Source: Bacilli bacterium
GTDB taxonomy: Bacteria; Bacillota_I; Bacilli_A; RFN20; CAG-826
Assembly (NCBI GenBank): GCA_024695405.1
Contig: JAILIF010000043.1
Coordinates: 1 to 61,901 of the forward strand
Reading direction: 5' to 3'
DNA length: 61,901 nucleotides
Positions 29,972 to 38,858 of this stretch are shown piece after piece (position 1 is the first letter of the stretch; the number at the start of each line of letters is the position of its first letter). The notes beneath the pieces are model-generated. The model was not told the DNA's origin, did no database searches, and saw only the letters and a list, made by a program, of their open reading frames with translations. The translations under genes and the position numbers were made by a program.

Positions 29972-31339
29972 TTAGTTCTCCTTTTTATCGTGACAATGGC
30001 AATGGCATTCGTGACCTTCTTCTTCACAGTCACAATCACAATCATCGCCACAGCAACATTCGTGTTCCTCAAATAATTCGTCAATTGTATCTTTTAAATC
30101 ATTTAATTTAACTTCAAGTTGTTCTTGCGTATGTAAGTTTTTAAGAATAACTTTTCCGTTAGCAACTTCGTTTTCACCAATGATGATAGCGAATTTTGCG
30201 TTCTTTTTTTCTGCTCTTTTGAACATACTACCAAGTTTAATATCATCTAAACACATATCAACAGAATAGCCGTTCATTCTAATAATATTAGCTACAGCAA
30301 TACCCGTTGGTTGATATTTAGCACCCATTGGCATGACATAGAATTCTAAATTGTTGTATACATCGTTTGGGATTAATTCATCGTCTTTCAAGACAGAAAC
30401 TAATCTTTCAACGCCAAAACTAAAACCAACACCAGGAACATCTGGTCCACCTACTTCTTTAATTAGTTTATCGTAATGACCACCAGCACCAATAGCGCCA
30501 TAATCATTACCTTTAGAAGATTTATAATGGAATTCAAAAACTACATCTGAGTAGTAGTCTAAACCTCTTACCAAAGTATCATCTACTTCGTAAGGGATAG
30601 CCATTTCTTCCAGTAAAGAAAGAATATATTTAAATTTTTCTTTTGCTGCATCAGTAAGATAATTACTCATTTTTGGAGCATCTTTTACTATTTCTTTATC
30701 TTCTGGAACTTTGCAGTCAAGAATTCTAAGAGGATTAAGTTCTAATCTTTGTTTACAATCTGGGCACATTTTATCGATGCGTTTTGAGAAATATTCTTTC
30801 AATGCATCTCTATAGTTATTTCTACTTTCTTCATCTCCTAAAGTATTAATTTTAAGAGTGACATTATCTAAACCTAAAGATTGAAGAATTGTAAAAGCGA
30901 GAGAAATAACATCAACGTCAGCAATTGGATTATCGTGACCGATACATTCAACGCCAAATTGATTGAACTGTCTATATCTACCTAATTGCGGTCTTTCGTA
31001 TCTAAAAACAGGGCCACAGTAATACATCTTAATTGGTAATTCTTGTAAGTTTGTTAACTTGTTTTGAACAATTAAACGAGCAATACCCGCAGTGAATTCT
31101 GGTCTTAAAGTTAAAGATCTGTCGCCTTTATCTAAAAATGTGTACATTTCTTTTCTAACGACGTCACTACTTTCGCCAACACTACGAACAAATAATTCAG
31201 AGTGTTCTAAAACTGGAGGCCTTACTTCTGTGAAAGCGAAGATCTCACTAATGCGTTTCATAACATTTTCAACATATGAGAATTCACATGCTTCGTTGTT
31301 ATATATATCGTGCGTTCCTTTTACACCAATAATAATCAT
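29972..31339 (-). CDS. hisS: histidine--tRNA ligase with Cys/His-rich C-terminal extension
   Basis: Class IIa HisRS motifs (YCGPVFRYERPQLGRYRQFNQ, GGHYD, GFSFGVERL) and an anticodon-binding domain, then a 32-aa tail EEHECCCGDDCDCDCEEEGHECHCHCHDKKEN. Confidence 0.95.
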   Translation of the reverse strand: MIIIGVKGTHDIYNNEACEFSYVENVMKRISEIFAFTEVRPPVLEHSELFVRSVGESSDVVRKEMYTFLDKGDRSLTLRPEFTAGIARLIVQNKLTNLQELPIKMYYCGPVFRYERPQLGRYRQFNQFGVECIGHDNPIADVDVISLAFTILQSLGLDNVTLKINTLGDEESRNNYRDALKEYFSKRIDKMCPDCKQRLELNPLRILDCKVPEDKEIVKDAPKMSNYLTDAAKEKFKYILSLLEEMAIPYEVDDTLVRGLDYYSDVVFEFHYKSSKGNDYGAIGAGGHYDKLIKEVGGPDVPGVGFSFGVERLVSVLKDDELIPNDVYNNLEFYVMPMGAKYQPTGIAVANIIRMNGYSVDMCLDDIKLGSMFKRAEKKNAKFAIIIGENEVANGKVILKNLHTQEQLEVKLNDLKDTIDELFEEHECCCGDDCDCDCEEEGHECHCHCHDKKEN

Positions 31340-31348
31340 AATATCCTC

Positions 31349-33559
31349 CTAATGGGTTATTCTATTTACTTCGTAAACTCCAGGAATACCATGGAGTATA
31401 GCGAAGATATCGTTAAGTTTTTTATTGTTTTGAATCATAATTGTCGCTGATAAAGTAGCGGTTAATGTTGCCATATTTTTCTTAGCAGAGATGCTATTGA
31501 TGGTAATATGGTTATTTGCTAAAGCATGCATAACATCAACAACAAGGTTAGCTCTATCCGAAGCTTCAATTGAAATGTCGACTGGATAAGTTGCGGTTTC
31601 TAAACCTTCTTTCCAGAAAACATCAATAATTCTTTCTTTTTCATTAATAATGTTAGGGCAATCTGCTCTATGGACGCTAATTCCTTTGCCTTTAGTAACA
31701 TATCCAATAATTGGATCACCAGGAATAGGCATACAGCAGTTTGCTAATGTAATTGCTATGTTGTCAGCGCCGTTACAATATACTGGAGATTCGTCATACT
31801 TAGTTTGTTTTTTAACAGTACTTGCAGGTAAGACGAATTCTTTTTTAATTTTTAAGAAGTCAATAACTGCACTGGCAGTTGGTTTTCTACCAAATACTAG
31901 TAGGTATAAGTCATCAAGAGTTTCGACATTGTATTCTCTAAATACCGCAGGTGTATTAAGATACTCAAGCATTTCTTTTTCATCAATGTTTCTTTCTTTG
32001 AAAGCATCAATTAAGCACTGCTTACCCTTATTAATTCTATCTTCTCTAACAAGTTCTTCATTTTTCTTAGCAAGATATTTTTTGATTTGGTTTTTAGCGG
32101 TATTAGATTGAACAAACTTAAGCCATCCTTCAGAAGGACCTTCTTGAGCTTTGCTTGTTTTGATTTCGACCATATCTCCAGTTTTTAAAACTGTGTATAA
32201 AGGCACCATAATACCATTAACTAATGCACCAATAGTCGAATCGCCAACTTTTGTATGGATTCTATATGCAAAATCGACAGGACAACTACCTACAGGAAGC
32301 TCGATAACTCTTCCTTTTGGAGTAAAAACATAAATAGTTTTCTCAAAAATATCATGGTTTAAGTTATCCATGTATTCTGTTGCTGATTGACCTTCATCAG
32401 AAATAGAAACAAAATCTCTGAACCAGTGTAATTTATTTTCAATTTCTTTTTGTTCAGCAACGGAATTATATCCTGTCCCTTCTTTATATGCCCAGTGAGC
32501 AGCAACACCGCTTTCAGCGATTTCATCCATTTCTTTAGTTCTAATTTGAACTTCATAGAAATTACCGTCACCACCAACAATCGTTGTGTGTAGTGATTGG
32601 TACATATTTGATTTAGGCATTGCGATATAATCCTTAAATCTGCCTGGAGCAGGTGTATATGTCTTATGGATTAAACCTAATATTTCATAACATTGAATTT
32701 CAGTTTTGGTAATTATTCTAAGAGCTAAGATATCGTAAATTTCATCAAATTGATGCCCTTTAACGTACATCTTTCTATAAATAGAATAAACAGATTTAAC
32801 TCTAGCAGATATTTCGAATGGAATATTGTTTTCAAATAAAATATCAGCAATTTTCTTTTTTAAAGAATCCAATGATTTTAATAAAACTTTTTGCTTTTTC
32901 TTTAATAAAGAAGTGATTTCAGCATACTTTTCAGGTTCGGCATACTTTAAAGATAAATCTTCAAGCTCGCTCTTTAATTTATCAAGACCTAAGCGGTGAG
33001 CAATTGGAACAAATACTTCTAATGTTTCTTTAGAAATAGCAAGTTTTCTTTCTTGAGAGAGCGCTCCTAAAGTTCTCATATTGTGCAATCTATCAGCAAG
33101 TTTAATAAGAATGACACGAATGTCTTTTGCCATTCCTAAGAAGATTTTTCTATGATCTTCTGCTTCAAATTCTTCTGCAGTAATATGGCTAAGCTTTAGT
33201 CTTTGAATTTTTGTAAGAGCGTCAACAATTTTAGCGACTTCAGAACCCCAATTTTTCTTTATTTCATCAATTGAGACATCTGTGTCTTCAACAACATCGT
33301 GTAAAAGACCAGCGGTAATTGTAGATGGGCCAGCTCTTAAGTCGGCTAAGATATATGCGACTTCAATTAAGTGATGATAATAAGGTTCACCACTTCTACG
33401 TGTTTGTCCATCGTGCTTTTTTAAAATAAATTTATAAGCAGATTTGATCGATTCTCTAGCTTTCTTATCGTGGATATAATCAAAATAGATGTCTTCAACA
33501 TCTTCGAATGTATGAAGTGGATATCCACCGTTAACTTTTGGTTTTGTAATTTCACTCAT
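31349..33559 (-). CDS. relA: bifunctional (p)ppGpp synthetase/hydrolase (Rel/RSH)
   Basis: Intact HD hydrolase domain (HHLIEVA..., LLHDVVEDT), synthetase domain (YQSLHTTV-like QSLHTTIVG, EVQIRT), then TGS, zinc-finger/CC and ACT domains. Confidence 0.95.
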   Translation of the reverse strand: MSEITKPKVNGGYPLHTFEDVEDIYFDYIHDKKARESIKSAYKFILKKHDGQTRRSGEPYYHHLIEVAYILADLRAGPSTITAGLLHDVVEDTDVSIDEIKKNWGSEVAKIVDALTKIQRLKLSHITAEEFEAEDHRKIFLGMAKDIRVILIKLADRLHNMRTLGALSQERKLAISKETLEVFVPIAHRLGLDKLKSELEDLSLKYAEPEKYAEITSLLKKKQKVLLKSLDSLKKKIADILFENNIPFEISARVKSVYSIYRKMYVKGHQFDEIYDILALRIITKTEIQCYEILGLIHKTYTPAPGRFKDYIAMPKSNMYQSLHTTIVGGDGNFYEVQIRTKEMDEIAESGVAAHWAYKEGTGYNSVAEQKEIENKLHWFRDFVSISDEGQSATEYMDNLNHDIFEKTIYVFTPKGRVIELPVGSCPVDFAYRIHTKVGDSTIGALVNGIMVPLYTVLKTGDMVEIKTSKAQEGPSEGWLKFVQSNTAKNQIKKYLAKKNEELVREDRINKGKQCLIDAFKERNIDEKEMLEYLNTPAVFREYNVETLDDLYLLVFGRKPTASAVIDFLKIKKEFVLPASTVKKQTKYDESPVYCNGADNIAITLANCCMPIPGDPIIGYVTKGKGISVHRADCPNIINEKERIIDVFWKEGLETATYPVDISIEASDRANLVVDVMHALANNHITINSISAKKNMATLTATLSATIMIQNNKKLNDIFAILHGIPGVYEVNRITH

Positions 33560-33618
33560 AAAAACACCTTATATATCTTAAGGCATTTTCTTTATAAAAT
33601 AAAGACTAAGAATAAAGA

Positions 33619-35412
33619 TTATTTTTCGGCAAATTGTACCTGGTAAAGTTTATAATAATAGCCCTTATTTTTGAGCAATTGTTGATGATTACCTTTTTCA
33701 ATGATTTCACCGTTTTGAAGAACAATGATTTGATCTGCTTTTTGAATTGTAGATAATCTATGTGCAACAACTAACATTGTCCCAATATTTTTAATTTTCT
33801 CTAGAGATTCTTGAATTAAAACTTCTGTTTCAGTATCGATATTTGCAGTTGCTTCATCCAAAATTAAGATTTTTGGCTTAGCTAAAACAGTTCTAGCAAA
33901 AGAAAGTAATTGTCTTTGACCTTGAGAGAAGTTTTCGCCTCTTTCGATGATTTCCTCATCTAATCCTTTTTCAGTTTTGTCGATAAAACTATCTGCATTT
34001 ACATATTTACAAACTTTCATGATTTCTTCATCAGAATATGAATCGTCATGTAGGGTAATGTTAGACCTAATTGTTCCTGTGAATAAGAATACGTCTTGTA
34101 ACATTTGACCAACTGTTTTTCTTAGAGAATCGATTTTGATATTTTTGATGTTAATACCATCGATGAAAATATCACCTTTTTGAATCTCATAGTTTCTAAC
34201 AATTAATTGCAAAATTGTAGTTTTACCAGCCCCTGTTGCACCTACGAAAGCACATGTTTCTTTTGGATTAATTGTGAAAGATACATCCTTAAGAATCCAC
34301 ATATCCTTTTCATAAGCGAACCATACGTTCTTGAATTCAATCTTACCTTTAACATCGTTTAATTCAATTGCATCTGGCAAATCTCTAACAGCAGGTTTGA
34401 CATCTAGTAGGTTAAATAATCTTTCACTAGATGAGAATGCTTTTTGAATGCCATTAAGTTGATCAGCAAGAGCTTGAATAGGATTAAAGAATTTTGAAAT
34501 ATATAAGTAGAACGCTAAAACTGCACCGGATGAAAGTGAAAATTCTAATCCACATAAGAATACTGTTGCGATAGCTCCGAAATATAAGAATGATAGCAAT
34601 GGACGATAAATACCAAACGCGATCATAACTTTATTTCTGCATCTTCTTAGAGCATCATTTTTTTTGTCAAATTCGTTTTCTTTTCTTATTTCTTGATTGA
34701 AAATTTGAATTATTTTCATACCAGAAAGATTTTCATTTAAGAATGTATTTAAGTCAGAAATTGTTTTTCTTTCTTCTGTAAAAATCTTTCTAACAATGTT
34801 TCTAAAGAAAAATGAAATAATGAAAATAACTACTAAGAATATAGTCATAAACAATGTTAAAACAACATTAATTGTAAGCATTGTTACAAAAACGAAAACT
34901 ACAGTTAAAATGTTTTTAATAGCGTTAACCAGAATGTGTGTGAATAATTCACTTAAAGATGCAGTATAGTTAGCTACTCTAGTAACTAAACTACCAACAG
35001 GCATTTCATTAAGTTGGTCCTGTGACATGTTTTGGACATGTTGGTACACTTCCATTCTCAAACTATAGACTATCTTTTGACCTGCTTTATTTAAAATCCA
35101 AGTTTCTAAAAGAATAAAACCTTGGCTTAATAAAGTAAGTACTAAAGAAGATACCGCTAAAATAATAACGTATCTTGGAGCACTGACTGATGTTAGTACA
35201 TCAAATATTCTTGCTTTGCCTTCAAGTTCATCTACAACTCCTGCAATAAATTTAGGAGAGATAACATCTAAAGCAACATTAAGTATAGAGAAAACAAAAG
35301 CCAAAATAATCCAAAGCATTTCAGGCTTTAAATACTTCCAAAATCTAGGAAGCATTTCTCGTAAAGACATCTTTCGATCGCCTTTTAATTTTTCTATTTC
35401 TTCAACAGCCAT
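33619..35412 (-). CDS. ABC exporter, fused permease/ATPase (heterodimeric multidrug/lipid exporter type)
   Basis: Six-TM ABC_membrane domain plus NBD (Walker A GATGAGKTT, signature FSQGQRQL, Walker B ILILDEATA). Confidence 0.85.
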   Translation of the reverse strand: MAVEEIEKLKGDRKMSLREMLPRFWKYLKPEMLWIILAFVFSILNVALDVISPKFIAGVVDELEGKARIFDVLTSVSAPRYVIILAVSSLVLTLLSQGFILLETWILNKAGQKIVYSLRMEVYQHVQNMSQDQLNEMPVGSLVTRVANYTASLSELFTHILVNAIKNILTVVFVFVTMLTINVVLTLFMTIFLVVIFIISFFFRNIVRKIFTEERKTISDLNTFLNENLSGMKIIQIFNQEIRKENEFDKKNDALRRCRNKVMIAFGIYRPLLSFLYFGAIATVFLCGLEFSLSSGAVLAFYLYISKFFNPIQALADQLNGIQKAFSSSERLFNLLDVKPAVRDLPDAIELNDVKGKIEFKNVWFAYEKDMWILKDVSFTINPKETCAFVGATGAGKTTILQLIVRNYEIQKGDIFIDGINIKNIKIDSLRKTVGQMLQDVFLFTGTIRSNITLHDDSYSDEEIMKVCKYVNADSFIDKTEKGLDEEIIERGENFSQGQRQLLSFARTVLAKPKILILDEATANIDTETEVLIQESLEKIKNIGTMLVVAHRLSTIQKADQIIVLQNGEIIEKGNHQQLLKNKGYYYKLYQVQFAEK

Positions 35413-35418
35413 ACGAAA

Positions 35419-37215
35419 TTACCTCCCTTCTACTTCTTGCTCTAACTCTTGCAAATAAACCATCTTTGCATAAGTAGGAGAAGCTTTTAATAAATAAGCA
35501 GGTGTGTCAAAAGCTTCAACACTACCATCATTTAAAACAATAATTCTATCTAAGTGGCACACTGTGGAAACACGAGAAGCAACAACCAAAGTTGTTTTTC
35601 CGTTTCTTAGTTCTCTAATGTTTTTAAGAATAGTATCTTCGGTTTTTACATCAACAGCTGAAACACTGTCATCTAATATCATAATTGGACTTTCTTTAAC
35701 GAAAGCTCTAGCAATACTAATTCTTTGCTTTTGACCACCAGAAAGAGTTACTCCTCGTTCACCGGTGACTGTATCATATTTGTCTTTAAATCCTTCAATA
35801 TCGTTTCCAACACATGCAAAGTCAGCAGCGAATTTTACTTTTTCATCATCTAAATCAACATCTGAAAAAGCAATATTACGTTTTACTGTATCTGAGAATA
35901 AGAAATTATCTTGTGGAACATATGAGATGGCATTTCTTAATGATTTAAGTTCTGCATTCATAATATCGACATCATCAATAAAAACAGTCCCGTTATTTAC
36001 GTTATAGATTCTTAATAAAGCATTAACCAAAGTGGTTTTGCCACGACCGATTCTACCAACAATGCCTATACATTCACCTGGTTGAATTACCAAGTTAACA
36101 TTTTCTAAAGTATTGGTGTCTCTTGAAGGATATTTAAAGGAGAAATTTTTAAATTCAATTTTACCTTTAACATTATCTAAGATAGTTGGATTTTCACTGT
36201 TTTTAATGTCTTCTGGAGAATCCATATATTCTTCGATTCTTTTCATTGAAGCTTTGCTTCTAGAGTACATTGCAACAATTTGGCCCATTGCAATAAGTGG
36301 CCAAATTAATGTATCGAAATAACCGATTAAAGTAACAAGATTTCTTCCATTAATACTATAATCAATACCTAAGAAATTTATTGTTTCTCCTGTAACTGCT
36401 AAATAACCACCGAAACCAAGATTCATTGCGAATAATAATCCGATAACTATTTCAATAACAACATCAAAACCAGCAGAGATAAGTACAAATCTAACATTTA
36501 CATCTTTATTTTTATGAGCGACTTTACTGAACGCTCTAATTTCTTGTTTTTGTTTAACGAAAGCTTTGATAACTCGGATACCTGTGAGACTTTCTTGAGT
36601 AAAATCGTACAATTCATCGAATGCTTTTTGTCTCTTTGTCCAATTATCTGCCATAAATTTTTCAACTAATAATCCCCAAACAACAATTAAAACCATTGGG
36701 ATTAAAAGAATGATTAAAAACTGCCATGATAAAATAGCAATTTTAACGAAGCACATTAATCCTAGAGCAAAACCATCGACAAGCATAACAACTCCGAATC
36801 CTAAATATTCAGAGATTTCGTCAATATCATTTGTGAATGATGACATGATATTTCCTACTTTGTTACTGTGAAAATACTCGACAGAAAGCTTTTCTGCTTT
36901 GGCAAACATATCGTGTCTAAGTCCTGCTTCTACTTTGAAACTAGCGTTAAATAATGTAAAACGCCAGATCATTCTGCCGGCCATTAAGCCAGCACCAATA
37001 CCTATGGTATATAAAGCTATTTTTATAATATCCGTACGCATTGTATCTGTGAAAACGCCATCTTTTGCGGCATCTTCAAATATTCCTACTAATTGTCCTA
37101 AGAATTCTGGAACAAATAGTTGGAGGTAATCGACAAATATTAAAGCAATTATACCAATTAAGTATAAATACCAATATTTTCGATAATATTTGTTTAAATA
37201 TCTACTTAACAACAT
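35419..37215 (-). CDS. ABC exporter, fused permease/ATPase (partner of 33619-35412)
   Basis: Six TM helices plus NBD (Walker A GRIGRGKTT, signature LSGGQKQR, Walker B IMILDDSVS). Only 6 nt separate it from the partner gene. Confidence 0.85.
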   Translation of the reverse strand: MLLSRYLNKYYRKYWYLYLIGIIALIFVDYLQLFVPEFLGQLVGIFEDAAKDGVFTDTMRTDIIKIALYTIGIGAGLMAGRMIWRFTLFNASFKVEAGLRHDMFAKAEKLSVEYFHSNKVGNIMSSFTNDIDEISEYLGFGVVMLVDGFALGLMCFVKIAILSWQFLIILLIPMVLIVVWGLLVEKFMADNWTKRQKAFDELYDFTQESLTGIRVIKAFVKQKQEIRAFSKVAHKNKDVNVRFVLISAGFDVVIEIVIGLLFAMNLGFGGYLAVTGETINFLGIDYSINGRNLVTLIGYFDTLIWPLIAMGQIVAMYSRSKASMKRIEEYMDSPEDIKNSENPTILDNVKGKIEFKNFSFKYPSRDTNTLENVNLVIQPGECIGIVGRIGRGKTTLVNALLRIYNVNNGTVFIDDVDIMNAELKSLRNAISYVPQDNFLFSDTVKRNIAFSDVDLDDEKVKFAADFACVGNDIEGFKDKYDTVTGERGVTLSGGQKQRISIARAFVKESPIMILDDSVSAVDVKTEDTILKNIRELRNGKTTLVVASRVSTVCHLDRIIVLNDGSVEAFDTPAYLLKASPTYAKMVYLQELEQEVEGR

Positions 37216-37266
37216 ATTAAAAAAATGATAATTAATTTTACTTTAAAAGTAAACAATCTTGCCTTT

Positions 37267-38850
37267 CTATTTAATTTCAGAAATTAAAAATTCTATTGAT
37301 TTTATTGATTTGTATGTTGAAACTCTTAGTGTTCCTAAAAAATCAACTACATCTTTGCCAAACAACATTTCTTTTGAGATGTTAAAACCGGTAATTTTAC
37401 TATTTGTGCCGATTTGTGTGATTATGTGATTTAGGTCTTTTGAGTATTTCAATGAACCTACTCTTATATTTTCAAGATTAAAAATTGGTTTTTTCCATTC
37501 TTCTCCAAAAGGACCAAATTTAGAAATTAATTCAAAAGTTTCGAATGTAACTTCCGTAATTAATAATGGAATTGAAGGTTTTTCTGCTTTAATAACTGGA
37601 TGTTTAATTGCAAAATTATTAAATCTTTTCTTAAATTCATTAAAATTTTCTTTTTTTATTGAACATCCACCAGCTAATGAGTGACCGCCATAAGCAATCA
37701 TTAAATCTTTTAAATTATCAAAAGCTTCAACTACATTAAATCCTTCTTGAGAGCGGCAGCTACCTTTTAACAAGTCTTGCTCAGGATTATATGTAAAAAC
37801 AATTGCTGGTTTTTTATATTTGCTCATTAAAGAATTCGCGATTAAACCTATAAGTCCTTCTTTTTCATCTACTTGTATAACTATTGAATTATCGTCGTTA
37901 GATATCTCAATATCTCCATTTAATAAAGACTTTGAAGCTTCTTTTCTTTGTAAATTCAATTCATTAATCCAATTGTAGTAGGTTAATACATCTTCTTTTG
38001 ATGATGATGTAAAGAATTTAATGATATTGTTTATGGTAGAATCTTCAATAATTCTACCGACAGAATTAATTTTTGGAGCAATTGACATACCAATAGAATT
38101 TTCATCAAAAGGATCATTACCTTTTAATAAATCTACAGGATAAAATTCTCCTTCTTTATAATTAGAAAATACAATTCTTAATAAATCTCTGTTATATCCT
38201 TTTAGTGGCATCATATCGCTAATAATTGATATCGATGCTAATGTAGATAAATACTTATCGAAATGTTTTAATACATAAACTGAGAACAAGAACGCAACTG
38301 ATGCACCACTTGTAGAAAATTCACTTAGTTTTGATAAAAATGGATGTAAAATCACATTTGCATTAGGCAATGCCTCAGGAGCTTCGTGATGGTCTAAAAC
38401 TAAAACATCAATATTATTTTCTCTAAGATATTTTATAGGCTCGACTGCGCTTATGCCGTTATCAACGCATATGCATAATCCTATATTATCTTTAACCATT
38501 TGTTCGGCTTTAGGCATATTAATGCCATATCCATCTTTATATCTACTCGGAACACAATAAGTTACCTCATAGTTAAGATAATCAAACATTTTAACAAGGA
38601 TTGAAACGCCCATTATTCCATCAGCATCATAATCACCATATATATGAATCTTTTTATTGCATTTGATAGCATTATTAACTAATTCAACTGCTTCTTTAAT
38701 GTTATTAAAACGATATTCATTTACAAAAGATTGTGGGTTAACATCTTTATTTAATGAATCGAAGTCAAGTTCTGTTATTGAATAATAGTCTAATAATCTG
38801 TGGAATAAGTCTTTCATTTTACAAAAAATGGCTACATTTTCAGTAGCCAT
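37267..38850 (-). CDS. recJ: single-stranded-DNA-specific exonuclease RecJ (short form)
   Basis: DHH motifs (IYGDYDADG, VDNG, LDHHE) and DHHA1 (GGHSLAGG). No SD precedes either candidate ATG (38850 or 38817), so the start is uncertain. Confidence 0.8.
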   Translation of the reverse strand: MATENVAIFCKMKDLFHRLLDYYSITELDFDSLNKDVNPQSFVNEYRFNNIKEAVELVNNAIKCNKKIHIYGDYDADGIMGVSILVKMFDYLNYEVTYCVPSRYKDGYGINMPKAEQMVKDNIGLCICVDNGISAVEPIKYLRENNIDVLVLDHHEAPEALPNANVILHPFLSKLSEFSTSGASVAFLFSVYVLKHFDKYLSTLASISIISDMMPLKGYNRDLLRIVFSNYKEGEFYPVDLLKGNDPFDENSIGMSIAPKINSVGRIIEDSTINNIIKFFTSSSKEDVLTYYNWINELNLQRKEASKSLLNGDIEISNDDNSIVIQVDEKEGLIGLIANSLMSKYKKPAIVFTYNPEQDLLKGSCRSQEGFNVVEAFDNLKDLMIAYGGHSLAGGCSIKKENFNEFKKRFNNFAIKHPVIKAEKPSIPLLITEVTFETFELISKFGPFGEEWKKPIFNLENIRVGSLKYSKDLNHIITQIGTNSKITGFNISKEMLFGKDVVDFLGTLRVSTYKSIKSIEFLISEIK

Positions 38851-38858
38851 AGATTTTT

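Noticed and set aside
29929-30111. 60-aa + strand ORF with a His/Asn-rich run (HSHNHNHRHSN).
   Set aside because: It is simply the antisense reading of the HisRS Cys/His/Asp tail and the aspS start region.
31650-32111. Long antisense ORFs inside real genes. Examples: 153 aa opposite rel, 147 aa at 38875-39318 opposite secDF, 122 aa at 14148-14516 opposite parC, 102 aa at 12136-12444, 104 aa at 20848-21162, and 106 aa at 48982-49302.
   Set aside because: Ser/Leu/Phe-rich low-complexity translations, with no SD and no domain signatures. All are embedded opposite strongly supported conserved genes, the expected by-product of AT-rich Lys/Glu/Asn-rich coding DNA.
33619-37215. The ABC exporter pair as part of a bacteriocin, lantibiotic or defence locus.
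   Set aside because: Both are standard 6-TM plus NBD half-transporters with no peptidase domain. There are no adjacent precursor, modification, immunity or regulator genes, so this is a typical heterodimeric housekeeping or multidrug exporter.
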